Assembly: GCA_013239625.1 (NCBI GenBank)
Contig: MU053934.1
Location: 4,792,399 to 4,856,398 of the forward strand
Source: Lama guanicoe
Taxonomy: Eukaryota
Reading direction: 5' to 3'
Length of the DNA: 64,000 nucleotides
The position numbers and the translations under genes are program-made. Each line of letters opens with the position of its first letter. Within the stretch, counting starts at the first letter, position 1. This document shows positions 36,601-48,600 of this stretch, piece after piece. The notes beneath the pieces were generated by a model. That model was not told the DNA's origin and did not search any database. It saw only the letters and a program-made list of their open reading frames with translations.

Positions 36601-39600
36601 CCTGTGGTGCCAGAAGTTTGCAGTGTGGTCAGTGGAAGTGGCTTCAGGTGGGCATCCTGAGCAGATATGAAGTCTCCACCTGTTGTGTGGCCAGAGGAGA
36701 ATAGAAGGGTCAGCTTCCTCTAGGCCATCCTGGCCCCCATGTGCTTGGGCCTTTTGCCTTTCTCCTGGGCAGGGTGAGGGGCAAACCGACACTCGCATGG
36801 CCTCCTGCCCTCCCTGCCCAGGTTCCGGGTCCTGTGTCAGACCATCATCGCCCACAGGCTCTTTGACTACGTTGTCTTGGCCTTCATCTTCCTCAATTGC
36901 ATTACCATTGCCCTGGAGCGGCCCCAGATTGAGGCCGGCAGCACTGTGAGTGGCTGGGGACTTCCGGCCATGCAAGGGACGAGGCAGAGGGGCAGGCCAC
37001 CAGGGCCTGCTGTGGGACAGTGTGCAGGGCTGAAGGGCTTGGAGGGCTCAGCGAGGCCGAATGCCAGGTTGGGAGGTGTGGCAGGGAGCTTGGATCGGGG
37101 GCGGGGTCTGCCTCCTTAGCCTGTGAAGGGGCAGTCTCTCCGGGATGCCCCTGGGCCCATGGTATCCCCCTGCTCTTTCAGGAACGCATCTTCCTCACTG
37201 TGTCCAACTACATCTTCACAGCCATCTTCGTGGGCGAGATGACACTAAAGGTACCTGGCTTCACCTGGGACCTCTCCCAACCATTGTCCAGGGCTCCAGG
37301 CCCTGGCCCAGGCCCCGGCCCCCTTCAGCTTGTCACTCACCTGCCCCTCAGCAGAATTCCACAGGTGGCCTTGGAGGCCTACCCCTACTTGGTGCCAGCA
37401 GCTGGGTTGGGCTACTTGGAGTGGGGAGTGGGGGCAGTCCCCACTCTCCAACAGCCCACAACCCACTTCCAGTGTAGCAGAGGAAGCTCCTGGAGGTTGG
37501 GGCACTGGGGGAAGGCTCCATCTATGATGCGTCCCAGAGTGCATGGCTTCAAATTGGGTTTGCCAGATATGCAGGGAGAAGGCAACGGGGCAGTTGTGGG
37601 CCTGTGCTTCAGGGATTGGCTCCTTAGATAGGTGGAGACGTACCTATAAGCCACCTTCAGAGGGGGTGGCTGGGCAGGAGCCTGCTACTGCCCACGCGCT
37701 CCCCACTGCCTGAAACCTACCTGACTCTGTCCCTCACCCACCTGACCTCGCCCCACCCCATGGCGGAGTCCGGCTGACCCCTCCCATTGCCCCTCCCCCA
37801 GGTGGTCTCACTGGGCCTGTACTTCGGGGAGCAGGCGTACTTGCGCAGCAGCTGGAATGTGCTGGATGGCTTCCTCGTCTTCGTGTCAATCATTGACATC
37901 GTGGTGTCAGTCGCCTCGGCTGGGGGAGCCAAGATCTTGGGGGTCCTCCGAGTCCTGCGGCTCCTGCGCACCCTACGACCTCTGCGGTGACGACCCTGCC
38001 CCATGAGTGGGGGAATCCTTGCACTGTCCAAGGAAGCCCCCAGAGTCTCAGTGGACCCCTCATTCCGGCCCTCCACCCGGCTCTGTCCTCGTAGCAGGCG
38101 CCAAGCACCAGAGGGGTGGGCCCTCGTCCTGGGGGAGGAGCCTGAAACAAGTGCTGGAAGGCAGGGTCTGAAGGTGGCCTCCAGTCTCCCTGTGTCCTTG
38201 GGTGGCTCACTGCCACCTCTGGGCCTTGGTGTCTAGAGGAGGGTGTGATGTGGATCCTAAGGGGATGGGGTGAAAGCACAGCATCTCGCTTTGTGTATAG
38301 ATCTGGGGCCTGGTGTCCTCTGCCCTGGTGACTCTGGGCCAAGGAGGGGTGTCTCCAGGCCTGGCTAAGGGCTAACAGTGCCCTTGGCCCCTCTCTGCCT
38401 GCAGTGTCATCAGCCGGGCACCTGGCCTGAAGCTGGTGGTAGAGACACTCATCTCCTCCCTCAAGCCCATCGGCAACATCGTCCTCATTTGCTGTGCCTT
38501 CTTCATTATCTTTGGCATTTTGGGGGTGCAGGTGAGGGGTACCCAGGCTGGGCAGGCAGGGGCGGGGGGCTCTGTGGTCGGGGAAGGGGCTCCACACTCC
38601 TGCCCAACTCTCCCGACTTTGTGCCAGGTGGTCCTGGTGGAGCAGCCATGGTCCCTGCCAGCAGTGAACTCCCCTTCCAGGGAGGGAGACAGACACGGCC
38701 CCAGTGGCTGAGCGCAGGGCAGTCTGGGTAAATGGGATCCCAGGGGTCCAAGGTGTGTAGGAACACAGGTCTGGTCTGGGAACAATGGAGAAAACAGCCT
38801 GAAGGAGGGGCCTTTGCACTGGGCCTTGAAGGACAGGTGATTTGGGCAAGTCACCATGGGGGGAAGGTGTTTCAGGGGCAGATGGGCAGCTGTAGGGAGG
38901 TGTGACCAAGCAAGGCATGTTTGGGGAGAGAACTTGGAGCTATAGTGGGTGTAGAGAGATGAGCTGGGCCGAGTGGGGAGAGACCTGGAATGGCAGCTAA
39001 GGAGTTGGGCTTGGCTACTCTGGGGTCAAGGCCATGGAGGGTCTCTGACCCACGCAGGGCCTTGAACTGACTCAGATTTTGGTTTGGAGGTCAGCACAGG
39101 AATAGGAAGGGGCAGATCACAAAGTGCGTGTTGGGACAGTGGGAATGTCCTGGGCCTCCTGGGGTCTGAGCTGCTGCTGAGACCCTGTTTCCTGAGGGTC
39201 TGAGCCCTACTCGGAGGCTCCCAGGCTCCCCACCTGGCCCTGTGTTTGGGGCTGCAGCTTTGCAGGAGCCCTGTGCGCAGGTGTCCTTTGGGGTTGCTGA
39301 GAGGTTCACAGCACAGCTGCTTGGGCAGGAGGGGCTTGGTGTGGATCCGGTGTGAACAGTGACCCTGCCCTTCCAGGCAGTTGACATGGAGAGGGCTTGG
39401 GTCCCTAGAAAGAGTCTCTGTACTTCTCTTTCTCTCCCCCTTGGGGCCCGCAGGCAGCACTCTCGCCTGGAGTCCCTGCCCGAATCCCCAGTGTGGGTAC
39501 TGGGGTCTGGTCTCCAGGGTCTGAGGAAGAGCTAGGCGTCAGACAGACCAGAGTGTGAACCTTGCCTCTGCCACCTCCTAAACTTCGAATGACTTTGGGA

Positions 39601-42600
39601 AAATTACCTTACACTCCTGGCTCTCAGTCTCCTCACCGAGACAGGATGAGAGTAGCCCCACCTCACACTGGGGACATGGAGGGATGGTGTGGTCCAGTGC
39701 TTGGCTCAGGCCGTGCACAGAGGAAGTGCCCCCGGAGGGCGGGTCCCTCTTCTGATGTGCAACCCACCCCCACCCTCTGGGAACATTGGCAGGACAGTCA
39801 CTAATCCTGTGTCCCTACCCGCTAGCTCTTCAAGGGCAAGTTCTACCACTGTCTGGGTGTAGACACCCGCAACATCACCAACCGTTCCGACTGCGTGGCT
39901 GCCAACTACCGCTGGGTCCATCACAAGTACAACTTCGACAATCTGGGCCAGGTGAGCACCCCCACCAACCCTTGACCTGACCCATCCCCGGTGGGTAGAG
40001 GTGATGGCTTTTTGGTGCCAACAGCCCTGGGATTACAGACCAGCCTCCAGTCCTGCCCTGCCAGGACTTCTGCTTTCCAAGCCTTGGTTTCCTCTTCTGC
40101 AAAATGGGCAGAACTCACCTTACAGGTAGCATGAGGCTTAAGACCCTGATTGCTGAGTGTCCAGCAGGTGCCTGGCTCTTAGTAAGTGCTTCAGTGGGGA
40201 TTGGTTCCTAGTCCCTACCTTCCACTCAGCGGACCTTGATAGGAGTTTTGGAGTCAGCCAGACCTGGTGTGAATCCTGCTTCTGCTACTTACTGTACTGA
40301 CCTCGGTTTCCAGCTCTGCCCTCAACGTGGGGAAGGCCTCTTGGTCCCTCTGCCACCCAAAAGCATAAAAATGGTGAGGAGGGGCAGATGTAGCCTTCAT
40401 TGCCTGCCCTCACCACCCCTGTCCCCTTTCCTCCTGTGTCTTCCAGGCCCTGATGTCCCTCTTTGTCCTGGCCTCCAAGGATGGCTGGGTGAACATCATG
40501 TACAATGGACTGGATGCTGTCGCTGTGGACCAGCAGGTGGGCGTGGCTGAGGTCAAGTCCAGCCAGGGCAGAGGGGGCAGGACACGGAGTCTTTGGGGCC
40601 TAGGGGTCTGAAGCTGGTGTCAGGAAACCCCAGCGTCTCCCACTGTCAACCACAGCCCACCCCTTCCCCGCCTGGCCTGTATCCTCCACCATTAGGGCTG
40701 CTCTCTGGCTAGCATAAGTCACTGTGCCATTTGCTTCAACAAACCCGGCTCTGCAAGCTGGCTGTGCTTGGAGGGCTGCACAGCCTGTGGGTGGAGAACC
40801 TAGTGTCGGAGGAGGAGAGGGGCCGAGCCAGCTGCGAGGGATAGCACGTGCAGGCTTGGGGCGGGACAGTGACATGTTCAGGGAGTCGAGAGTCGAGGGT
40901 CAGGGTAGAAAGTGGAAGGAGAGTGGCAGGAGGTGGGTGCGGGAGGTAAGCAGGGCGGGAAAGTTAGGAAGACCTGTGCGTGCAGCTGGGGCTGGAGTAT
41001 ATCTGAGGGCCGTGGGAGTCAGTGAAGGCGTTACAGCCACGTTAGCTTGTGGGAGCTTCCTGGGGGCTGCTGGGTGAGGATGGGTTTGGGGTGCCAGGGT
41101 GGAAGGGGTCAGGGAGGAGGCTGGGCCTGAGAGGAGGCCTGAGCCCTCACTCCCAAGATCTCCCTGAGAGCAGGGTTCCCCTCTCGGGCTGGGTGGGGAC
41201 TTTAGACAAGACATGTGGCTGACCAGGGTCAGCAGTCAGGGTCATTCCAGTAGGGAGATACTCTAGGTCACAGCAAGGCCCACTCACTGAAGGAATCAGG
41301 CCTGAAGGTAACTTCTAGGCCTGTAGCTGACCTCAGGCTCTTGGCTTCATGGGCCTCACCCAACTCGAGCTGGAGGTGGAAGTGGAGGATGGAGATGTCG
41401 GGGAATGAGAATGCTTAGAGACATCCTCCTCCACTTCTTTGTCTGTACACCCCTCCTGCCCACCACGTCCACCAACACACACACACACACGCACACACAG
41501 ACACACACATAGATGTACACACACATACACACACTTGGACTCCACCAGGGCTGTGCTCTCTCCTCTGCTGGCTGCTTTGTTTCCTGCCTTGTTTCTAGAT
41601 GGATGAATAAGTAGATGGGTGGGTGGTAAATGGATAGATGAGGAATGGATGGATGGGTAGATAAATGAGTAAGTGAGTGGCTGGATGAATGGATGGACAG
41701 ATGGATGGATGGGTGGATAAATAGGTGGACGATCAGTGAATGGATGAATAAGTGGGTGGATGGGCGAGTGAGAGGAAGAAGACGGATGGACGTGTGTCCA
41801 GGTGGCAGGGAAGGGGAGGGCTCTCTTTGCTGAGCACCTTTCTTGTGCTCAGGAGGGGCACATCCTACCTCCAAACCTCACAGCCTCCTAGGAGGCTGCC
41901 ATTGGTACCCGCTCTGCGCAGACGCTGGGCGAGGTGGGGTGCCCGCTGTGGCAGGCCCCGCGGTGCCGACCCGCCTGCCTCAGCCCCGTCTGGCTCCCCG
42001 CAGCCCGTGCCCAACCACAACCCCTGGATGCTGCTCTACTTCATCTCCTTCCTGCTCATCGTCAGCTTCTTTGTGCTCAACATGTTCGTGGGCGTCGTGG
42101 TGGAGAACTTCCACAAGTGCCGGCAGCACCAGGAGGCGGAGGAGGCGCGGCGGCGCGAGGAGAAGCGGCTGCGGCGCCTGGAGAAGAAGCGCCGGAGTGA
42201 GTGGGGGACACAGAGTGGGGCCCCCCACCCCCTCTCTGAGTCCAGGCCCCAGGGCTCCTCTGCCCGCTGCCGCTGGCCCTCTGGGGTGCAGGGGCTGAGC
42301 CTGGGCCTGACCCCAGCCTCGGGGCCTTTGGAGCTGGAAGGGACCTGTGCCCCTGGCCTTGCCCTTCCCCCAATATCGGCCTGTCCCGGTGACCTGACCC
42401 CTATTGGTGTCCATCCAGAGTGAGACCATGACCCCACTGCCCACCTGAATGAGGCCCTGGCAGCTCAGTCCAGGCAGAGGGCAAAGGCAGAGCCTAGAGG
42501 CCCAGACCTGAGCTGTGGGACCCCTGTCCTGCCACCAGCAGGCCCGGAGCCCACACATGGGCACATCTGGGGTAGATGGGGAGAGTCAGTGTCCCTCTTT

Positions 42601-45600
42601 GCCACTCTCCCTCACGTCCTGCCCCCTTCCCTCGACGCACCCTGGCTGGGTGGAGGAGACTGACTCCCAGGGCCTTGGGAGGACCCGCATCACTCCCCTG
42701 TGCCTTCTCCCTCCACCTCTCCCTCCGTGTGCCCTGTCCCTCCCTTGGCCTGACCTTCTGTGGTCTGTGCCCGCCACCTCCCAACCCCACACCCCCTGCA
42801 GAGGCCCAGCGGCTGCCCTACTATGCCACCTACTGTCCCACTCGGCTGCTCATCCACTCCATGTGCACCAGCCACTACCTGGACATCTTCATCACCTTCA
42901 TCATCTGCCTCAATGTGGTCACCATGTCCCTGGAGCACTACAACCAGCCCACGGTGAGCCCAGCCTGGCCCCGCCACAGGTCACGTGGCAGGGTTGGGTC
43001 CTTGGCAGGACCCCACACTGGGGACGGGGTGGGGCAGGGTCTGAGCACCCTCCCATGTAGGCCTTATACTCAGGAAGCCCTGGGCCTGGCAGGACAGGTG
43101 AGTGAAAGGGGAAGGTCACTGTCCTGCTGAGCAGGGGGCAGGGGGGTGACGTTTGGGCCCAGCCTTGAATGTGAGTGACAGTGGCTGCGGGGTGTTCAGT
43201 GTGACTTTTTGCAGGGCACGCTGCAGGCATCAGTTCTCTAATCCTTGCAGCAACACTAAGGTGTTCACTGGGGAGGGCTTTCTCCAGATTTTGTAGAGGA
43301 AGAAACCAAGGCGCAGAGAGATAAAATGCACTGCCCAGGTTACTCAGGCAGTGGGTAGTGGTGGCCGGACTGGAGCTTGATTTGCATTCAGGGCCTGCCG
43401 TGTGGCTCCACCGCTGCCTGGGAGAGGGGCAGGACCACTGGGGTCAAACACTGGCGCAGGAGAGGGTGACCAGTTCCCAGCTAGTTGCAGGTAGTGTGCG
43501 TGAGGGGCACTTGAGGGGTGTGTAGGGGCAAGTCTTCCGAGGGTAGGGGCGGAAAGAAGGGGGAGCAGAGCCTCTCAATGACGAGTTAGTATCTTATTTT
43601 AAATGGTAGCAGAGGACTATTAGGAGTGCGGGGAAAAGGAAGGCAACCTTGGCAGAATGGAACAGTAATTATAGAACTTCTAAATTAACATGAAGAAATG
43701 GAATAATAATAGCTCACATTTACCAAGTACTTGTTCTGTCTGGCCTTGGGCTATTACTTCATTTAATTTTTATAGCAACTTTCTGAGGTAGGTACTATTA
43801 TCATTCCCAAATCATAGATTGGAAAATTAAGTCTCAGAGAGGTCAAGTGACTTGCCCAAGGTCACACAGTGAACGAAGAGTAAGTGCTGAGCCTGGACTC
43901 AAATCTAGGCAGCCTGTCTCTTAACCATTACCCTTAACCACTGCCCCATACTGCCTCCAAAGAAGGGCAGTTGGACCAAACCAGCAGAAACAGGGAAAGG
44001 AAACAGCAATGTAAAATAAATAGTTAAGAAGGAAGGAATAGAAGCAGATACATAAATCATTATAGTCAATGTGAATGGAGTAAATTCTCCCCTTAAAAGG
44101 CAGAGATTTTCTGACCGGAGGAAGGTGGGCACCAGGTCATAGGGCTTGGATCACTCTCCTCTTTGCCCCTGCAGTCCCTGGAGACAGCCCTCAAGTACTG
44201 CAACTACATGTTCACCACTGTCTTTGTGCTGGAGGCTGTGATGAAGCTGGTGGCGTTTGGTCTGAGGCGCTTCTTCAAGGACCGGTGAGCAGCTGGGCTG
44301 GGCTGGGGTAGCACTGAGTGGGTTGCAGGATGGAGAAGCAGTCCTGATCCTTGGGGAAGCCTGGAGTAGCTGGAGGAGGGGAGCCAATAAACATCTGGGC
44401 ACTGATGGCCACGGACCCCAGGTGCTGCCTAAAATCCTGAACAGGAAGTGATTATGGCTCCAATGGATGGGTGCAGGGCATTCTGCCAAGCCCTCCTCAG
44501 CTTGTCTCTTGTGGGTCCTCCATACCCCACAAGCAGAGCAGGGCATCCCTCAGGCCAGTCCTTCTGGAGGAAGGGAACAAGTTGGGCTCAGAGAGGCTGA
44601 TGGACTAGCTCAAGGCCACACAGAGAGAGCAGCTGGTTCAAGACTCAGACCTAGGAGTCAGAGTCCATTCCTCCTGCAGGAGGCCAGAGGTGTTTGCTTA
44701 GCCTGGTCAGCCTCTTGCTTGAAGGATCAGAGGCTGTGGTGGGCAGAAAGGGAGCTGGAACCAGTAGGGTCTGAAAGGGCTGTGAGGGACCCCCCTGGGC
44801 CATGGCAGGAGGGTGTAGAGGTGGGGGACTCGTCCCAGCTGGAGCGTATCTAAACTTGAGTGCCTCTCACCCTGCCTCTCACTCCTGCCCTCCTCTGCCC
44901 GGCTGTGCAGTTGGAACCAGCTGGACCTGGCCATCGTGCTGCTGTCGGTCATGGGCATCACGCTGGAGGAGATCGAGATCAACGCAGCACTGCCCATCAA
45001 CCCCACCATCATCCGCATCATGCGGGTCCTGCGCATTGCCCGGGGTGAGGGGCGGGAGCGGGAGAGGCGGGACAGGCGGGGGAGGGGGGAACAGGAGCCA
45101 GGAGCATCCTGTACCTGACACACCCTCACCCCCTGTGTTCACACATGTGCTCCCGTCCAGACAGCTCTGCACAGCACCCTGCACCCACCTCCATATCACA
45201 CCGTGACCCGTGCGGTCCAGCCTCAGGTTGGGCTGAAGGGAACCCAGTGCAGCTGGGAAGACACTGGGCTCCTCACTGGCATTTCTCCAACACTGGCTGC
45301 GACACACCGTCCTGAAAATCTCTTTCCTTCTCCAAGAGCCTCCCTCTCACCCCAAGGCTGTCCTCTTACTTCTTTCAAAAACCTCCTGCCTCGGTGCTCG
45401 CCCTTCCCCCTGAACCACCTGTTGCTTCCAGATTCGGAGGTGGGGAGGGGCCCAGTGGAGAATCTCGGCAGTAACACGGAGGGGCGGGGAGAGACGTGGG
45501 CGCTCACACATCGCTCACTGTTGTCTCATCATGGTGACTTATTCGCTCACGCGCACACTTCACATCCCTCCGTTCCCACTGTTCCTGCCCTCCTCCTCTT

Positions 45601-48600
45601 GGACTTTTTACACCGACATCCCACCTTGTGCACACTTGTTTTCTTGCAACTCCCTCATTCAGCTGCACCCACGTGCGTGTAGTGCGACATCACAGAGCTA
45701 TCCGCTTTGCTGACATGCTCCCCAAATTCTTCACTCTTCCTCCACGTTCACACCCATGCACACCTGTGCACACACCCGTCCCCATTGGCCTGGGCTGAGT
45801 GGGCCGCGCTGGGTCTTGCCCACAGTGCTGAAGCTGCTGAAGATGGCCACGGGGATGCGGGCCCTGCTGGACACCGTGGTGCAGGCGCTGCCCCAGGTAA
45901 GAGCCGCTCCTTCGGCCGCCCCGCCTGGCTGTCACTAGTGTCATGCTCGGCCCTGGAGGGTGCGAGCCCTCACTGCCCTTCTCCCTGGACCTACCTGGAG
46001 CCAGGGCAGAGTCCCGCCTCCAGAGAAGCAGTGTGAGCTAGGGGCTGTGAGAGGTGGGAAGGGTCCCCTCTGCCTCTTTCTTCCTTTTTGGCCAAGTGCT
46101 CTCTCACACCTGCTCTGCACCAGCCCTGGGCTGCCCACTGAGGACTCACATTCTTCCCTCAGGAGTCACCAGTCTGGTGGAGAAGACATGCCTCAGGGCA
46201 GTGTAGGGAGAAGAGGATCCTGACACTCCCTGGGGGAACCAGGGGGCTTTGAGCTTGACCTTGTAGGGCAGCTTGGTAGGAGGAGGTGGTGATGCGGATG
46301 GAGAGGTGACAGATAGGACATTCCAGGAGGGGACAGCGTGAGGTCCTGCCGTGGTGGGAACCCTGGGATGTTAGGAAGGCCCCCACCCCCAACCCCATCT
46401 CAGTGGTGGGTGGAAGGGAGGTAGAGCCCGGGCCACATCCTGGGAATTCTGCATCCCAGGCTCCCCTTCTCCCTCCCCTCAGTGTGGCCTCACCTCACTG
46501 TGAGGTGAGCCTCATATACTTTTATTTATTCATTATGACTCATCGAGTCTTAAGGAGCTTCAGGTACCTTAAAGTAAAAGGCACAGACACAGCACGCTAA
46601 AAATGAGGATAAAAGGTTAACGGCCCAGGGAAGGTGAAAGCAAAGCTAGTTTTCTCAGGCAGCTGGGCTGAGGATGTTAGTGAGCTCTGTTCTTCAGTTT
46701 GATCTGAGTTTCCCAGCAGCCTTGTTGCAAAGGGAAAGTGACATGGCTCATGTCGGGTCTGGATGGAAAGCAAGGGCCTTCATTCAGAGAGCTGAAATCC
46801 CTTCAGAGGAGTTTGTCACATGGGAGATTAGGGTGAGTGCTGGGCTGGGGGTGGGTGGGGGTGTGCAGACAGGAAGTAGGCTGGAGCCCAGACTCAACCC
46901 ACCCTACTTGCCAAAGCCTAGTCCCCCGGGGAGATCCTGGTGTGTGATTCAATTTCTCAGGCCTTAGTTTTCTTGCCTATGAAGTGGGGAATGATAACAA
47001 TGCTTATCTCAAAGGGATGTTGTGAGGTTTACAACTGTTAAGGCTTATAAAGCACTGAGCGGGACCTGGGTCACAGGAAGTGCCATGTAAAAATCTGCGA
47101 AGGATGGGGATAGGGGTGGCAAGTGTGTGCCCCCAGCCTGCCTGGCCTCCTTGCCCTTCCCCTTGTCCCCTTGTTCTGACCCCTGGGCACCCTTGGGTGG
47201 CTCCCCAGGCCAACTGTGAGTTGGCATAGGGCACATGGAGATGCCTAGAAGGTCCCAGCCTCAAGTGGGAGACACATGATAGTGATTACAATTACATCAG
47301 CACTTTAAGAGATGCATGTGCCAAGTACCATGTGATACTGGGGTGAGGGGATTACCCCTCAAAATCTATCAGCTGACCCTGGACATCTCCTTGGTTATGT
47401 GTAAAGTGATATGAAAATGAAACTTCAGCCCCTTCCTTCTAGGCTCTACCTCAGGCATGCAGGGGGAGAAGGCATCAGGGAAGACTTCTCAGAGGAGGTG
47501 ACCTGTGATCTGGGCTATGAGGGGTGGGGAGGAAGCATTTACTAGGCAAAGACAGAGAGAGAGGGTCTTCCCTGCAGAAGAAACAATATGCAGATGAGGT
47601 CTGTTTTCTGTGTGGCTGGAGTCTGAGGTTGGAAGATCAGGCTGGGAGGGGGTCTGCAGGGCTAGATCACACAGGTCTTCGATGCCAGGAGAGCAAACTT
47701 GGGCTTGGTCCTGTGGGCAGTGGGAGCCACAGGAGGTTCTAGACAAGGGAGGCATCAAGCAGAGCTGCCTTTTAGGAGGTTGCTCTGGTGGCTGTGAGGA
47801 GCGTGGACTGGAGGGAGAGGCTGGAGGCAAGTGAGGAGGCCGCTGTAGCCACACAGACTCGGAAATGCTGTGGGCGGGAACTGATAGGAAAGGTGAGGTC
47901 GAAGACACTCTGACCTGGGCCTGCACAGGGTGGGAGGCTGAGCTGAGGGCCCAGGCCATGCCTGATTCCTCTCGCTGTCAGGGCCTCACACCTTGCCTTG
48001 TAGGGGCTCCATAAGTGCTTGTTTCATTAATGAAAGAGCATCATTTAATTAGTCAGACACTGTTGGTGTGATTGTAGCTCTGAAGGAAACCCTCGTCTGG
48101 AGCAGAGAAACATTAGGAGTCTGTGATCAACATGGTTTACTTTTCAGCAATTACTGTGAACATCTCGGATTCCATTCATGCAGGTCTTCTGAGGCTTCTA
48201 GGAGATACTGCATTTCTAGGGCGAGGACGTGTTTGAGCATTATCTTGTCCATAACACAAGTTAAAGGCGGTCTCCAGTCTACGGTTGGATTTGAAATAGG
48301 TTGGAATCTCGGATGCTTTTCTCCCACAGGAGCTGTGGGACGGGGGTGGCTGGGTTTGCAGGAGGCTTCTGGGGCCCACAGTCTAGCATGATTCCTGTGT
48401 TCATTCCTCTCTATAGCCAGGGCCCAGGCTGGCCTGAGGAAGCGGATCTGAATTAATCCAGCCATGTCCCTGCTCTCAAGGACTTCCCAGACCAGCAGAG
48501 ACAGTGACAGGGACACACTGGTTATACTCACGCTGTCAGACTGCATCTTGTTCTGCCCAAAGGAATCCAGGCAGGCTTCATGGAGGAGGTGGCCTTATTG

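Noticed and set aside
37890..38918. 342-aa antisense ORF
   Set aside because: Overlaps exons 21-22 antisense in GC-rich DNA, with no coding signature.
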